Assembly: GCA_963777605.1 (NCBI GenBank)
Contig: CAVZRV010000006.1
Location: 96,001-160,000, forward strand
From: an uncultured Acidobacteriota bacterium
GTDB lineage: Bacteria; Acidobacteriota; UBA6911; RPQK01; JAPXNP01
Length of the DNA stretch: 64,000 nt
Direction of reading: 5' to 3'
Under the pieces are notes generated by a model. It ran no database searches. It saw only the letters and a list, made by a program, of their open reading frames with translations, and was not told where the DNA came from. Below are positions 48,190 through 57,907 of the stretch, one piece after another (position 1 is the stretch's first letter; each line of letters begins with the position of its first letter). A program made the position numbers and the translations under genes.

Positions 48190-51100
48190 CTACGAACCAA
48201 AGGTTTCTACAACCTTGCGTTCCTTGGAGCCAAACCAGCGACGGGAACTCAGCCACACGAGTGCATTTTCCTTGCTCACATAAATCACCGGGATCAGGAC
48301 CAGAGTGACGAGCGTAGAAGCCGTCAGCCCTCCAATCACGACCCGGGCCAGGGACGCCTGGATCTCCGCACCGGCTCCGATCCCCAGCGAAAGAGGCAAC
48401 AGCCCCAGGACCGTGGTCAGAGTCGTCATCAGGATCGGGCGTAGCCGCAGCCGGCCCGATTGCACTACGGCTTCTCTTACCTCGAGACCGTGTTCCCGAC
48501 GCATCAGGTTGATGTAGTCCACGAGAACGATTGCGTTGTTCACGACGATTCCAATCAGCATGATCATCCCCATCAGGCTCTGAATGTTGATGGTCGTGCC
48601 GGTCAGGATCAGGGTCGGCACCACACCGATCACGGCAAGTGGAACCGAGAACATCACCACGAGAGGGTCGAAGAAGCGCTCGAACTGGGCCGCCATCACC
48701 ATGTAGATCAGGACGAGCGCCATGATTATTGACAGCCGAAAATCCGAGACCGCGCGCTGCTGTTCCTCGTACTCACCTCCGAAAAAGAGTGAAAACGCTT
48801 CCGGCAACTGGACGCCGCCGACACGGGCCCGAATCTTGTCCACCGCCGCCCCCAGCGGTACTCCGCTCTCCAGGTTCGCCGTAATCATCGTGATCCGCTG
48901 GCCGTCAATTCTGCTGATTTCCGTTGGGCCCCGGCCGCGACTCTGGACCACAACTGACGACAAAGGCACCACCTCACCGTCGCCTGTGCGAATGGAAATG
49001 TTCTTCAAGTCATGGGGACTGAGTCGGTCCTCCTGACGCAGCCGGACCAGGATCGGGAACTCATCGCCTCCTTCCCGGAAAGCACCCGCCCGACTCCCTC
49101 CAACGTTGGTCTGGATAACCCGCGCAACATCGCTCACGGTCAGGCCGAGATCGGCAATCTTCTGGCGGTCGAACTCCAGGTTCTGCTCGGGTCTTCCCTC
49201 CCGTCGACCCACTCTCACGCCGGATATTTCGGGAATCTCTTCCATCCGGAGCCGGATCTCCTGGGCCAATTCCTGGGCTCGTTCCAGATCGTAGCCCCTC
49301 AGCTGGATGGATACGGACTCGTTCCCGCCCGAGCCGAAGATCCGGCGGAGAATCCAGAGCCCGGACTGGGCCGTGACTCGAATGTCACCACCCGGAACCT
49401 TTCCGTCAACGGCTTCCCTCAACCGGTCCGCCAGTTCGAACGTGGAAACAGAACGACGATCGGCGCCAACCATCGTGATCTCAACTTCTGCACGGCCGTC
49501 GCGAACGTCGGTGGTCAGGTGCCCCACGTCCTCCATCGGGAGGTTGTCACGGACCACCCGCTCCAACTCCTTCAGGTATTCATTCTGCACCGCGATATTG
49601 GTTCCTTCAGCCATCAGGAAGTCAATGTCGATCTCATCCGCGTCGGTCTGGGGTGCCAGTTCCATCGGGATCATCGGAAACAGGACGAAACAGGCAACCA
49701 CCAGGAGAGTGGTAACGCCGAAGACGATCGCCTTGTGGTTCAGTGCCAGCCCGATCACTCCGGCATAGCCTCCCTCGAGCCGTCCGAAAACACGCTGGAA
49801 ACGACTCCGCTTTGGACTTCCCGTCTTGTTCCGTCCCTTGATGGTCAGGAAACGGCTGCAGAGCATGGGAACGAGCGTCAGTGCCACGAACAGTGAACAG
49901 ACCACCGCGAATACGACTACCAGGGCCAACTGTTTGAAGATCAGCCCGGATATCGTCTGCATGAAGACAACGGGAAGGAAGATCACGCAGGTCGTCAGCG
50001 TGGACGCGACGATCGCACCGGCCACCTCCCGGGTGCCGACCAGGGCGCTCGCTTTCAGTTCCCTGCCCTGTTCCTCTCTTTGCCGGACAATGTTCTCGAG
50101 TACCACGATCGCATTGTCAACGATCAGGCCCACCCCCAGGGCCAGCCCCCCGAAACTCATCTGGTTGAGGGTCAAGCCGTTGAAATAGAGGAGCCCGAAG
50201 GTGGCGATAATCGAGATGGGGATCGAGACGGCGATGATCACCGTCGAAGAGAAGTTCCGGAGAAACAGGTACAGGATGAAGACCGCCAGGAGGCCTCCCC
50301 ATATCGCCGATGTCTGCACGTTGTCCATCGAAGCCTGGATGAACCGGCTCTGGTCGGTCGTGACAAACAACTCCAGATCGTCTCGCTCCTGGTTGATCCG
50401 ATTGATTTCCCGGCGGACATCCTGCGCCACCTCTACCGTGTTGGCCCCCGTCTGTTTCCGGATCGCAAACCGGATCATCGGGTTCCCGTCGATGGTTACC
50501 ACCCGCTCGAGATCCTGGTACCCCCAGCTCACTTTCGCCACGTCACGCACCCGAATCGGCTTCGAGTCGATAATCGTGATGATGACATCGGCAATCTGGT
50601 CGATCGAAGTGTACTCGCCCAAACTGCGGACGTAGAGGCGCTGGATTCCCGAGTTGACGTTGCCTCCCGGCAGGGTCGCGTTCTCCGCCGCGATGGCCTG
50701 CTGGATCTCGGCAGAGGAGAGCCCTGCCGAGATGACACGATCCATGTCCAGGTCAACATGGACCTCCTTGTAGATGCCACCCCAGATATCGATCGACCCG
50801 ACTCCCGGGATCTGCTCAAACCGCCGGGTGACCTCGCGTTCCAGGACCTGCGTCAATTCCTGAAGGTTGCGCGTCGAATAGGCACCAACAATTACGACCG
50901 GAAAGTTGTCCGGGTCGAACTTGCGAATGCGCGGCGTGTCAACTTCCGGAGGGAGGTCGTCACGGATCCGGTCGAGTGCCGCACGAACGTCATTGGCCGC
51001 AACGTCGACATCGGTTCCCTGGGCGAATTCCAGGGTGACGTCACTTTCACCCTCCTGAGATCTGGAACGCACTCGCTCGACACCGGGAACGCTGGCGATG

Positions 51101-51309
51101 GTGTTTTCGATCGGCTGGGTGATGATCTGCTCGATCTCCTCCGGACCCACGTTGGGATACTCGGTCGAGATCGTCAGTTGGGGATATTCAATGGGCGGTA
51201 GCAGGTCAACCGGAAGGAAACGGAGCGACATCACTCCGACCACGATGATTATGAGGAAGAACATCGTCGTGGCAACCGGTCGCTTGACGGCGAGTTCGGT
51301 GATATTCAT
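48190..51309 (-). CDS. RND efflux permease (AcrB/MdtB-like)
   Basis: 1039 aa; KRPVAT, GLIVDNAIVVLENI, GIVVNNAIVLVD and RLRPILMT motifs. Confidence 0.95.
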   Translation of the reverse strand: MNITELAVKRPVATTMFFLIIIVVGVMSLRFLPVDLLPPIEYPQLTISTEYPNVGPEEIEQIITQPIENTIASVPGVERVRSRSQEGESDVTLEFAQGTDVDVAANDVRAALDRIRDDLPPEVDTPRIRKFDPDNFPVVIVGAYSTRNLQELTQVLEREVTRRFEQIPGVGSIDIWGGIYKEVHVDLDMDRVISAGLSSAEIQQAIAAENATLPGGNVNSGIQRLYVRSLGEYTSIDQIADVIITIIDSKPIRVRDVAKVSWGYQDLERVVTIDGNPMIRFAIRKQTGANTVEVAQDVRREINRINQERDDLELFVTTDQSRFIQASMDNVQTSAIWGGLLAVFILYLFLRNFSSTVIIAVSIPISIIATFGLLYFNGLTLNQMSFGGLALGVGLIVDNAIVVLENIVRQREEQGRELKASALVGTREVAGAIVASTLTTCVIFLPVVFMQTISGLIFKQLALVVVFAVVCSLFVALTLVPMLCSRFLTIKGRNKTGSPKRSRFQRVFGRLEGGYAGVIGLALNHKAIVFGVTTLLVVACFVLFPMIPMELAPQTDADEIDIDFLMAEGTNIAVQNEYLKELERVVRDNLPMEDVGHLTTDVRDGRAEVEITMVGADRRSVSTFELADRLREAVDGKVPGGDIRVTAQSGLWILRRIFGSGGNESVSIQLRGYDLERAQELAQEIRLRMEEIPEISGVRVGRREGRPEQNLEFDRQKIADLGLTVSDVARVIQTNVGGSRAGAFREGGDEFPILVRLRQEDRLSPHDLKNISIRTGDGEVVPLSSVVVQSRGRGPTEISRIDGQRITMITANLESGVPLGAAVDKIRARVGGVQLPEAFSLFFGGEYEEQQRAVSDFRLSIIMALVLIYMVMAAQFERFFDPLVVMFSVPLAVIGVVPTLILTGTTINIQSLMGMIMLIGIVVNNAIVLVDYINLMRREHGLEVREAVVQSGRLRLRPILMTTLTTVLGLLPLSLGIGAGAEIQASLARVVIGGLTASTLVTLVLIPVIYVSKENALVWLSSRRWFGSKERKVVETFGS

Positions 51310-51327
51310 GCTGGTCCCTGGTTTCGT

Positions 51328-52626
51328 CTATTCTCGTCTCAGGACTTCCTTAAGCAAGTCCTCTCGTTGCAGGTTCTGCAGTTCCATGACACGGTCCCAA
51401 CTCATGGGACGCACCCGGGCCCGGTCCCGCCCTTCTGCGAGAAGGTTCTGTCCAACCGTAACCACCCAGGATTTCGGATCGAGCCCCTCCACTCCGACCT
51501 CCATCCGCCCTTCGGCCAACACGTCGATCGGCTTGAACTTTGCTTCCACCGCAGGCGAAACCGACGCACTCGAATCCGGTCCATCAGTAACCGCGTGGTC
51601 GTTCGGTTCGAAGGACGGAATGTGATAAATCCCTTCCTCTCCTGTTGCCGGATGGGTGTAAACGGCACTCGCCGGAACGAGTGTCGCTTGCCGGCTTTCG
51701 CCGTAGAGGATTTCGACGGAGACCGACATTCCCGGTCTGAGCACGCTCCCGTCGTTTCGGATATCGATTTCCGCCTCGGTACTTCTCGTCGCAGGATCTA
51801 GAAACGGCGAGATTCGGGACAACCGCGACGCGAGCACCCGCGCTCCGTCATCCCTCCCTCCGGTGTACACCTTGACCGTCTGACCCACCTTGACGTTGGC
51901 CAGGGCGGCGGAGTTCAGGACTACTTCAATCCGAAGCCGCTCCAGGTCGCCGATCGTGAAAAGCTCGGAATTGGCGCCGACCTGCATCCCAACCTCGGCG
52001 TTTCTGCGCCCAACGGTCCCGGTGATCGGAGCTCGCACGACGGTCTTGGACAAGATCGTTCGCGTCTCTTCAATTACCGATTCCGATTCCTGGATTTGAG
52101 CCTCGGCCAGTTCGATATTGGCCCGGGCCGAGTCGAGTTGGGCCTGCAGCGTCTCTACTTCCAGCTGACTTGACAGGCCCTCCTCAGCCAGGGCGGCCGT
52201 CCGACGGTACGACACTTCCAGCTCCCGGTAGCGCGCGCGGGCCTGGCTCAGCGCCGCCTGGTTCACCTTCAGCCCGGCCTCGGCCTGTCTCAACTGTTCC
52301 CGGTACTGGCTGTCGTCGAGCACAGCCAGGGGATCCCCGGCCCGAACCAGATCCCCGTTCCGGGCGAGCACACGAACCATTCTTCCGCTGATTTCAGGGT
52401 AGAGCGAAACCTGGTTCTGGGCGATGACCGTCCCGTTCAGTCGCTCGGACAACGGTAGCGTCCCGAGCCTCGCCTGAACCGCTTCCACGACTGGGACGAT
52501 CGATTCGGACGCCGTGTCGGCAGCGCCCGCCGTTGGCGGAGTGAAAGACGAAGAACAGCCCGACATCAGAATTGAGGTCAAGAGTCCGGATAATACAGCT
52601 GCGGCATAACGTGTCGACAAGCTCAT
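51328..52626 (-). CDS. RND periplasmic adaptor (MFP) lipoprotein
   Basis: Lipobox LMSGC, lipoyl-like GDLVRAGDPL, coiled coil, VRAPITG and LRPGM. Confidence 0.93.
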   Translation of the reverse strand: MSLSTRYAAAVLSGLLTSILMSGCSSSFTPPTAGAADTASESIVPVVEAVQARLGTLPLSERLNGTVIAQNQVSLYPEISGRMVRVLARNGDLVRAGDPLAVLDDSQYREQLRQAEAGLKVNQAALSQARARYRELEVSYRRTAALAEEGLSSQLEVETLQAQLDSARANIELAEAQIQESESVIEETRTILSKTVVRAPITGTVGRRNAEVGMQVGANSELFTIGDLERLRIEVVLNSAALANVKVGQTVKVYTGGRDDGARVLASRLSRISPFLDPATRSTEAEIDIRNDGSVLRPGMSVSVEILYGESRQATLVPASAVYTHPATGEEGIYHIPSFEPNDHAVTDGPDSSASVSPAVEAKFKPIDVLAEGRMEVGVEGLDPKSWVVTVGQNLLAEGRDRARVRPMSWDRVMELQNLQREDLLKEVLRRE

Positions 52627-52770
52627 GGTTCTCCCGGCCTTATGCGTTTAAAATCGGAACAGAAATCCGACGATTTGAAGCAGAAAATGGACTTGCTTTA
52701 TAGCCTACCAGACAAAATCGATCACCTCCGGCTGGATTTCGGCGGACTGAATCGTTAGTGTAGGCTCATT

Positions 52771-55029
52771 TTGCGAGCACTGGACAAGCTGGAGACGTTC
52801 CAATTAGTACAGAAGAGCTTCCCTCGAATTCTGCTTCCGGTAGTGGCACTGCTCGTCGCCGGGTGGTTTCTCAGTGCCTGCGGCAATCAGCCATCGCTGT
52901 ACGTGGCGTCGCGGGAATCGAACGACCTCGTGACTGTTTTGCGGTCGTCGGGAGTTCCTTTCGTACTTTGTGAACGTCCTGCGATCGCTGTCGAATCCGC
53001 TCCCGAAGGAGCAGGTGTTCTCCTGCTGGCCGACCGGTACCCCCTGGAAACGCTTGTCGCGCCGGAGTCATTACTTCGGACAGCCGACCGCAAGACCCTG
53101 CGACTCTTCCTGGAGTATCCCGGAGCCATCGGCGACTTGTCGCTGCCTCAACCCAGCCAGGATCGGCTTCTGAGAGGGGTCGTCACTTCCGACTTCTTCG
53201 GTCCCGACTTGCCACGGTTGAGAATCCTGGCCCTCAATGGAATGCACTTTGTCGCCCCGGAAGGCAACAGCTTGAAAACCCACCTTGCGGCTGCCCGGGT
53301 GGCGGGCTTTGATCGCGCCGTTTACGGGCTTCCCGAAACCACCTATCCCCTCCTCTCCGAGGGCTTGCTTTCCGATTTCTACTCAGGCCTGAATTCGAGC
53401 TCCGCGCCCCAGATAACGGAAGTCCCTGTCGAGTCCCAACGCGGCAGAATCCTGGTTGCCGGTACCGGAGTCAGCCATTTTGTCCGCGGACGGTTCGCCC
53501 CCCAGCGGGACTGGGGCATTTTCTGGCAACGCATCCTCGAGTGGGCCGGCGCACGCGACCTTCCCGAACTCAAGTGGGATCACCCGGTAAAGCCGGCGTA
53601 TGGCCGATTGACGGCCCGTGCCGACGACTCAGAATCGGTCGCCTTTGCGCGGGGAGTCGACTGGTTCCTGCGAGCCAGGATCATCGCCTCTCCCGGGATA
53701 CTCGACGAGAGTCGCCGACAGGACGATTTCCTGGTCCCATGGGAGGATGCTCCGGCTGCCGGGGACGGGAGCTCCGGGAGTATCGAGGCGGTCATGTCGG
53801 TCGTTAACCAGGATGGGGACCAACCCCTGGGCACGGTCCTGCGAGGGGACTGCATCGCCGAAACTGCCATGGCCCTTGCGGCCGGCGCCGCGATTCTGTC
53901 TCGGGATGACTACGCCGCCGTCAGCCGCCGCCTTCTCGACTTCTATCTGCTCGAGTCGAGGGCAACCAGGGGGGCAAGAGGCGATCTGTCGGCGGGAGCC
54001 TACGGGTTGATTGCCTGGGGAATCTCCAATGACGCCTGGTACAAGGCCAACTACGGCGACGACAACGCCCGCTTGATGCTGGCCACCCTGGCTGCTTCGG
54101 CCCTGCTCAAGGAGGACCGCTGGAATGACGTGATCATGCGCTGCCTGCTGGCCAATCTCCGAACGACCGGACGCAAAGGTTTCAGGACCAGCCGAATCGA
54201 CCTCGAGGACCTGGCCAGGAACGGATGGCGCCACTATTTCGACGCCTCTCCCGTCAATCCCGCGCCCCACTTCGAAGCCTACCTCTGGGCCTGCTACCTG
54301 CTCGCCTATCAGAAAACCGGTTTCGAACTCTTTCGGGAACGGGCTGAAAGCGCGATCCGGATCACCATGGACGCCTACCCCGACGGACTGAAGTGGACCA
54401 ATGGACTGTCCCAGGAAATGGCCCGGATGATTCTGCCGCTCGCCTGGCTGGTCCGGGTCTCGGACACCCCGGAAAATCGGGCAATGCTGAAGCGGGCTCT
54501 TGATCCCCTCTTGAAACTTCAGGACACCAGTGGGGCGATCCGTGAATTCCTCGGGGACCCGAAAAACGGCAAATACCCGCCTCCCGCCAGTAACGAGGAC
54601 TACGGCCGAAACGAGGCATCACTGATTGCCGAGAACGGTGACCCCGTCAGCGATCTTCTCTACACCGTCAACTTTGCATTCCTCGGCTTGAACGAGGCAG
54701 CGCGAGCAACGGGAGACCCGGAAATCCGAGCCTCCTGCGACCGTCTGGCCGACTTCCTGGTGCGCATCCAGGTCAGTTCGGAACGCTATCCGTACCTGGA
54801 CGGCGGGTGGTTCAGGGCATTCGACTTCGGCAGGTGGGAGTTTTACGCCAGCAACGCCGACATCGGGTGGGGTGCCTGGTGTATCGAAAGCGGCTGGACC
54901 CAGGGTTGGATCACCGCAGTCCTGGGCCTCCGGCAACTGGACGTTTCACTTTGGGATCTGGCGATCCAGCCCCGCATCGAGCATCGGTTCCAGGAACTCA
55001 GAACCTCCATGCTGCCTGGAATTGAGTAA
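52771..55029 (+). CDS. Large hypothetical lipoprotein with a probable (alpha/alpha) toroid, glycosidase-like C-terminal domain
   Basis: Lipobox FLSAC; helical region with RGDC, YGDDNAR, WTNG, DLLYT and GWFRAFD...GWGAWCIESGWT; start uncertain. Confidence 0.7.
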   Translation: MRALDKLETFQLVQKSFPRILLPVVALLVAGWFLSACGNQPSLYVASRESNDLVTVLRSSGVPFVLCERPAIAVESAPEGAGVLLLADRYPLETLVAPESLLRTADRKTLRLFLEYPGAIGDLSLPQPSQDRLLRGVVTSDFFGPDLPRLRILALNGMHFVAPEGNSLKTHLAAARVAGFDRAVYGLPETTYPLLSEGLLSDFYSGLNSSSAPQITEVPVESQRGRILVAGTGVSHFVRGRFAPQRDWGIFWQRILEWAGARDLPELKWDHPVKPAYGRLTARADDSESVAFARGVDWFLRARIIASPGILDESRRQDDFLVPWEDAPAAGDGSSGSIEAVMSVVNQDGDQPLGTVLRGDCIAETAMALAAGAAILSRDDYAAVSRRLLDFYLLESRATRGARGDLSAGAYGLIAWGISNDAWYKANYGDDNARLMLATLAASALLKEDRWNDVIMRCLLANLRTTGRKGFRTSRIDLEDLARNGWRHYFDASPVNPAPHFEAYLWACYLLAYQKTGFELFRERAESAIRITMDAYPDGLKWTNGLSQEMARMILPLAWLVRVSDTPENRAMLKRALDPLLKLQDTSGAIREFLGDPKNGKYPPPASNEDYGRNEASLIAENGDPVSDLLYTVNFAFLGLNEAARATGDPEIRASCDRLADFLVRIQVSSERYPYLDGGWFRAFDFGRWEFYASNADIGWGAWCIESGWTQGWITAVLGLRQLDVSLWDLAIQPRIEHRFQELRTSMLPGIE

Positions 55030-55329
55030 TCGGAGCTCACTCCGCATTGCTCGAGCAGTTCGACTGCCCGATCCACGGCATACCCCTTTGCGACTTCGCG
55101 TTTGGAAAGAAGGCTCGGGAATGGAGTTTCCCGTTACGGGCGCGTCGCGAATTGAGCAGAGGCGTCCTTAAGGCAAGGTCAGGACCGCGGGTTCGAGGCT
55201 GGACTGCTGAGTGCTGGGGCCTATCGCACGGAAGGCCCGACAGACTCCAGCAGGTCCTGGGCTCGGGCTGGCATCGAGGGGGTAGTCACGCAGGAGCTCG
55301 ACCGAAACGCCAACCTTGCCTTGAGGTGT

Positions 55330-55635
55330 TCAACCCCATTTCTCGCCAAGTTCGTCCAAACCGGCTTTCTCCAAATCTTCCGGCGTCATCGCGATGCGGA
55401 AGCGGCATTCGGCATTGAAGTTCAGAAAGAACGGTTCTGCGATCACCGGGATCTGGGAAGGGTCATTCACGTCGAGAACGAGAAGCGCCCCTCGTCTACC
55501 GTGTTCTTCTGTGAAATAGACCAGTTCCGGCTTGAGTTCGTCGAGAATTTTTCGAAAGATCGAACCCACCCTTTTTGTCCGCACCAGGGTGTTGAACGGT
55601 TCGTGTGGCATCGCAACGCTGACTAACATTCGCAT
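55330..55635 (-). CDS. Conserved small alpha/beta protein of unknown function (101 aa)
   Basis: MRML..PHEPFN...KPELVYFTE..GRRG...DPSQIPVIAEPFFL...AMTPEDL; GGAG SD. Confidence 0.75.
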   Translation of the reverse strand: MRMLVSVAMPHEPFNTLVRTKRVGSIFRKILDELKPELVYFTEEHGRRGALLVLDVNDPSQIPVIAEPFFLNFNAECRFRIAMTPEDLEKAGLDELGEKWG

Positions 55636-55825
55636 GTCTTGTGTCTCCTCTGAGTTGAGGGTCCCAGATTCGGGGTCAGAGCCGATTTCTTCTCTGCGGC
55701 ACTTCGTCAAAGCGACTCAGCTTGACGGAGATGAGGCGGGAAAGAGGCCCTCGACTATCCAGCCGAAAAGAGGGGCCAAATCTGTTGTTGCCTATATTGT
55801 ACGCTTCCATGTTGAATGAAGCCTG

Positions 55826-57193
55826 ATGAGAAGTTTGCCGAACGAGACTGAACACACGGAACTGCAAAGCTGGAAAGGAGTCGCTTCCTTTCTGGGGGTC
55901 TCGGTTCGCACTGCTCAAAAATGGGAGACAGACCTCGGACTTCCCGTTCACAGGATGGGAGCGGGACCCGGCTCTCGCGTCATGGCTTTCAGCGATGAAC
56001 TGGAACAGTGGAAAGTCCGGATCGCCAGCGAAACGGCACAGCGGAAAGGGAAAGAAGAGCCGGCAGCACCGGCTCGAAGGCGGCGGCTCCCCTGGCTGAT
56101 TCTTCTTTCTATCATTGTGGTCGCGATCGCAGTTGCCATCGCGGTCTACGTCAGCCATGCCCGGGCCAAACCATCCCAGTGGTCGCTCGAAAGGGACACC
56201 TTCCAGGTCATGGACCCGCAGGGAACGGTTCTTTGGTCTTTGCAGTTGCCCGCCGTGGAACCGGACCTCTACGAAAGGCCGATGCGTCGTCTCGGAGATG
56301 CGTGGCTTTCAGAAAATGCCCGCATCGACGATTTTGACGGGAATGGTTCGCCGGAACTGATTCTCATCGTGCGCCAACCTGGAATCAGTGACGAGCTACG
56401 CTGCTACGACGCGGCAGGTGAACCGCGCTGGACGTTCCAGTTTGGTCGAGATCGCCACGTGGGATCGCGCTTCTTCGAAAATGTCTACCTTGGTCGGCTC
56501 TTTATCGGTCCACTTCTCGGCCGAGACGGGCGGCGATACGTCCTGGCTTACGGAGAGCAGGGTGGCTTTTATCCCGCGCAGCTCGTCCTCCTTGATGCTT
56601 CCGACGGAACGGTTTGCTCCGAGTACTGGCATCCGGGCTACATGAGCAGGTATTCGTTTCTGCTGGAGGACCTCGACGGAGACGGGTTCAGGGAGCTGAT
56701 GGCCGGGGGCTTCAACAATCCCGAGCAGGGACCCGGTTACGCCGCTCTAGTCGTCCTTGGTATTCCGTTCAAGAAACCCCAACCGGAGATCAGGAACATC
56801 TTTGGGGATCCGGCGGGCCAGGAAGAAGCATACCTCCTCTTCTCCAGGCCGGATATCTGGAATGTGAAAGAAGAGACCCCGTTTCTGAACGAACTCTTTC
56901 CAGCCGACGGGACTCACTTCCGTGCGACGATTTTTGCCGCCTCGGGAGACAGTCACTACCGGCTACTACTCGATCGCCAGCTGAATGTCGTCGAAGCGAG
57001 AGCGGGAGATCAACTGGCTCGCATTCACCAGGATCTCTACCTGCAGGGGCTCCTCGATCACAAACTGAATGAATCAGAAGTCGAATCCTGGAAGCGGGTC
57101 CTGCACTTCCGTTCAGCACCCAACGGCAACGGCCCGGAAGTGAGACTCCTCTGGGAGAAGGGAGACAGCACTTCCAACGCAACGCAGAATTGA
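55826..57193 (+). CDS. Membrane-anchored protein: N-terminal HTH-like domain, TM helix, periplasmic FG-GAP/VCBS-type domain
   Basis: LQSWKGVASFLGVSVRTAQKWE..GLPVHR; TM WLILLSIIVVAIAVAIAVY; DFDGNGSPE and DLDGDGFRE repeats. Confidence 0.8.
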   Translation: MRSLPNETEHTELQSWKGVASFLGVSVRTAQKWETDLGLPVHRMGAGPGSRVMAFSDELEQWKVRIASETAQRKGKEEPAAPARRRRLPWLILLSIIVVAIAVAIAVYVSHARAKPSQWSLERDTFQVMDPQGTVLWSLQLPAVEPDLYERPMRRLGDAWLSENARIDDFDGNGSPELILIVRQPGISDELRCYDAAGEPRWTFQFGRDRHVGSRFFENVYLGRLFIGPLLGRDGRRYVLAYGEQGGFYPAQLVLLDASDGTVCSEYWHPGYMSRYSFLLEDLDGDGFRELMAGGFNNPEQGPGYAALVVLGIPFKKPQPEIRNIFGDPAGQEEAYLLFSRPDIWNVKEETPFLNELFPADGTHFRATIFAASGDSHYRLLLDRQLNVVEARAGDQLARIHQDLYLQGLLDHKLNESEVESWKRVLHFRSAPNGNGPEVRLLWEKGDSTSNATQN

Positions 57194-57326
57194 GAGGATC
57201 ACAGGCGACGGACACCGCCATCAGAAATCTAAAGATTTCGCCGCCTCTCGGGGCAGAATCGTTGCAATTCTCACAAGCTGATTGAGATGTGGACAATCGG
57301 GCGACCTCTCACCCGTGTGCACTGGC

Positions 57327-57540
57327 ATGAAAAACATGGCAACCCTGATCGCGGCAGGATTCATTCTCACGTCCTTCGGTCACGGAAATCCTCAACCCTC
57401 TGATCAGATGGTCAGTGTCGGGTCTCATCGGCTCCAGTCCGAGTCATGGGGAGTGGGCCCGCTACCGTCGGCATCGATTCCGGGCTCGCGGATCGACTGG
57501 CCGGGAAGATGGCACACTCATCGAGAAGTGATTCGAACGG
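57327..57540 (+). pseudogene. Possible degenerate exported alpha/beta-hydrolase N-terminus
   Basis: Signal-like start, then MVSVGSHRLQ...G, and PATVGIDSGLAD in a shifted frame; similarity is then lost. Confidence 0.25.
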
Positions 57541-57907
57541 TCTCCGCGCGCCTTGGTTTCGCCCTCCGGAGCGCGTCAAAGTCACCAGCGCGTAAAGCAT
57601 GCCCACAGCGACAGCAGGATCCTGGCTTCCGCGAGGGTGAGGGGCCGTTCGAGTCGGGACAGGTTCGATCCGGATGTCGCGTTCGAGGGGGAGCTTCTAG
57701 TGATTTTTGTCATTTGCCGTTACCGTAGACTTGCGGCCTGGGTGGCAGTGCCTGGCTGACGTGAATCGTTTACCGGTGTTGATTGATGTGATGAGTTTGG
57801 ACGCCTCTTATCGTCTCGATGAATTGATGGGAGGTCGCACCGATTTGGACGGTTACATGAGAGGCCGGGAACCTGGAATACAAGCAGAAATTGAATGGAG
57901 TTGAACA

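Noticed and set aside
55330-55635. 'Pantothenate synthetase' label I recall on similar small proteins
   Set aside because: 101 aa with no HIGH-type motif; cannot be PanC.
57700-57907. FNR/DNR, NorR or sigma54 site upstream of qNOR
   Set aside because: Only TTGAT half-sites; I found no TTGAT-N4-ATCAA and no convincing -24/-12 element.
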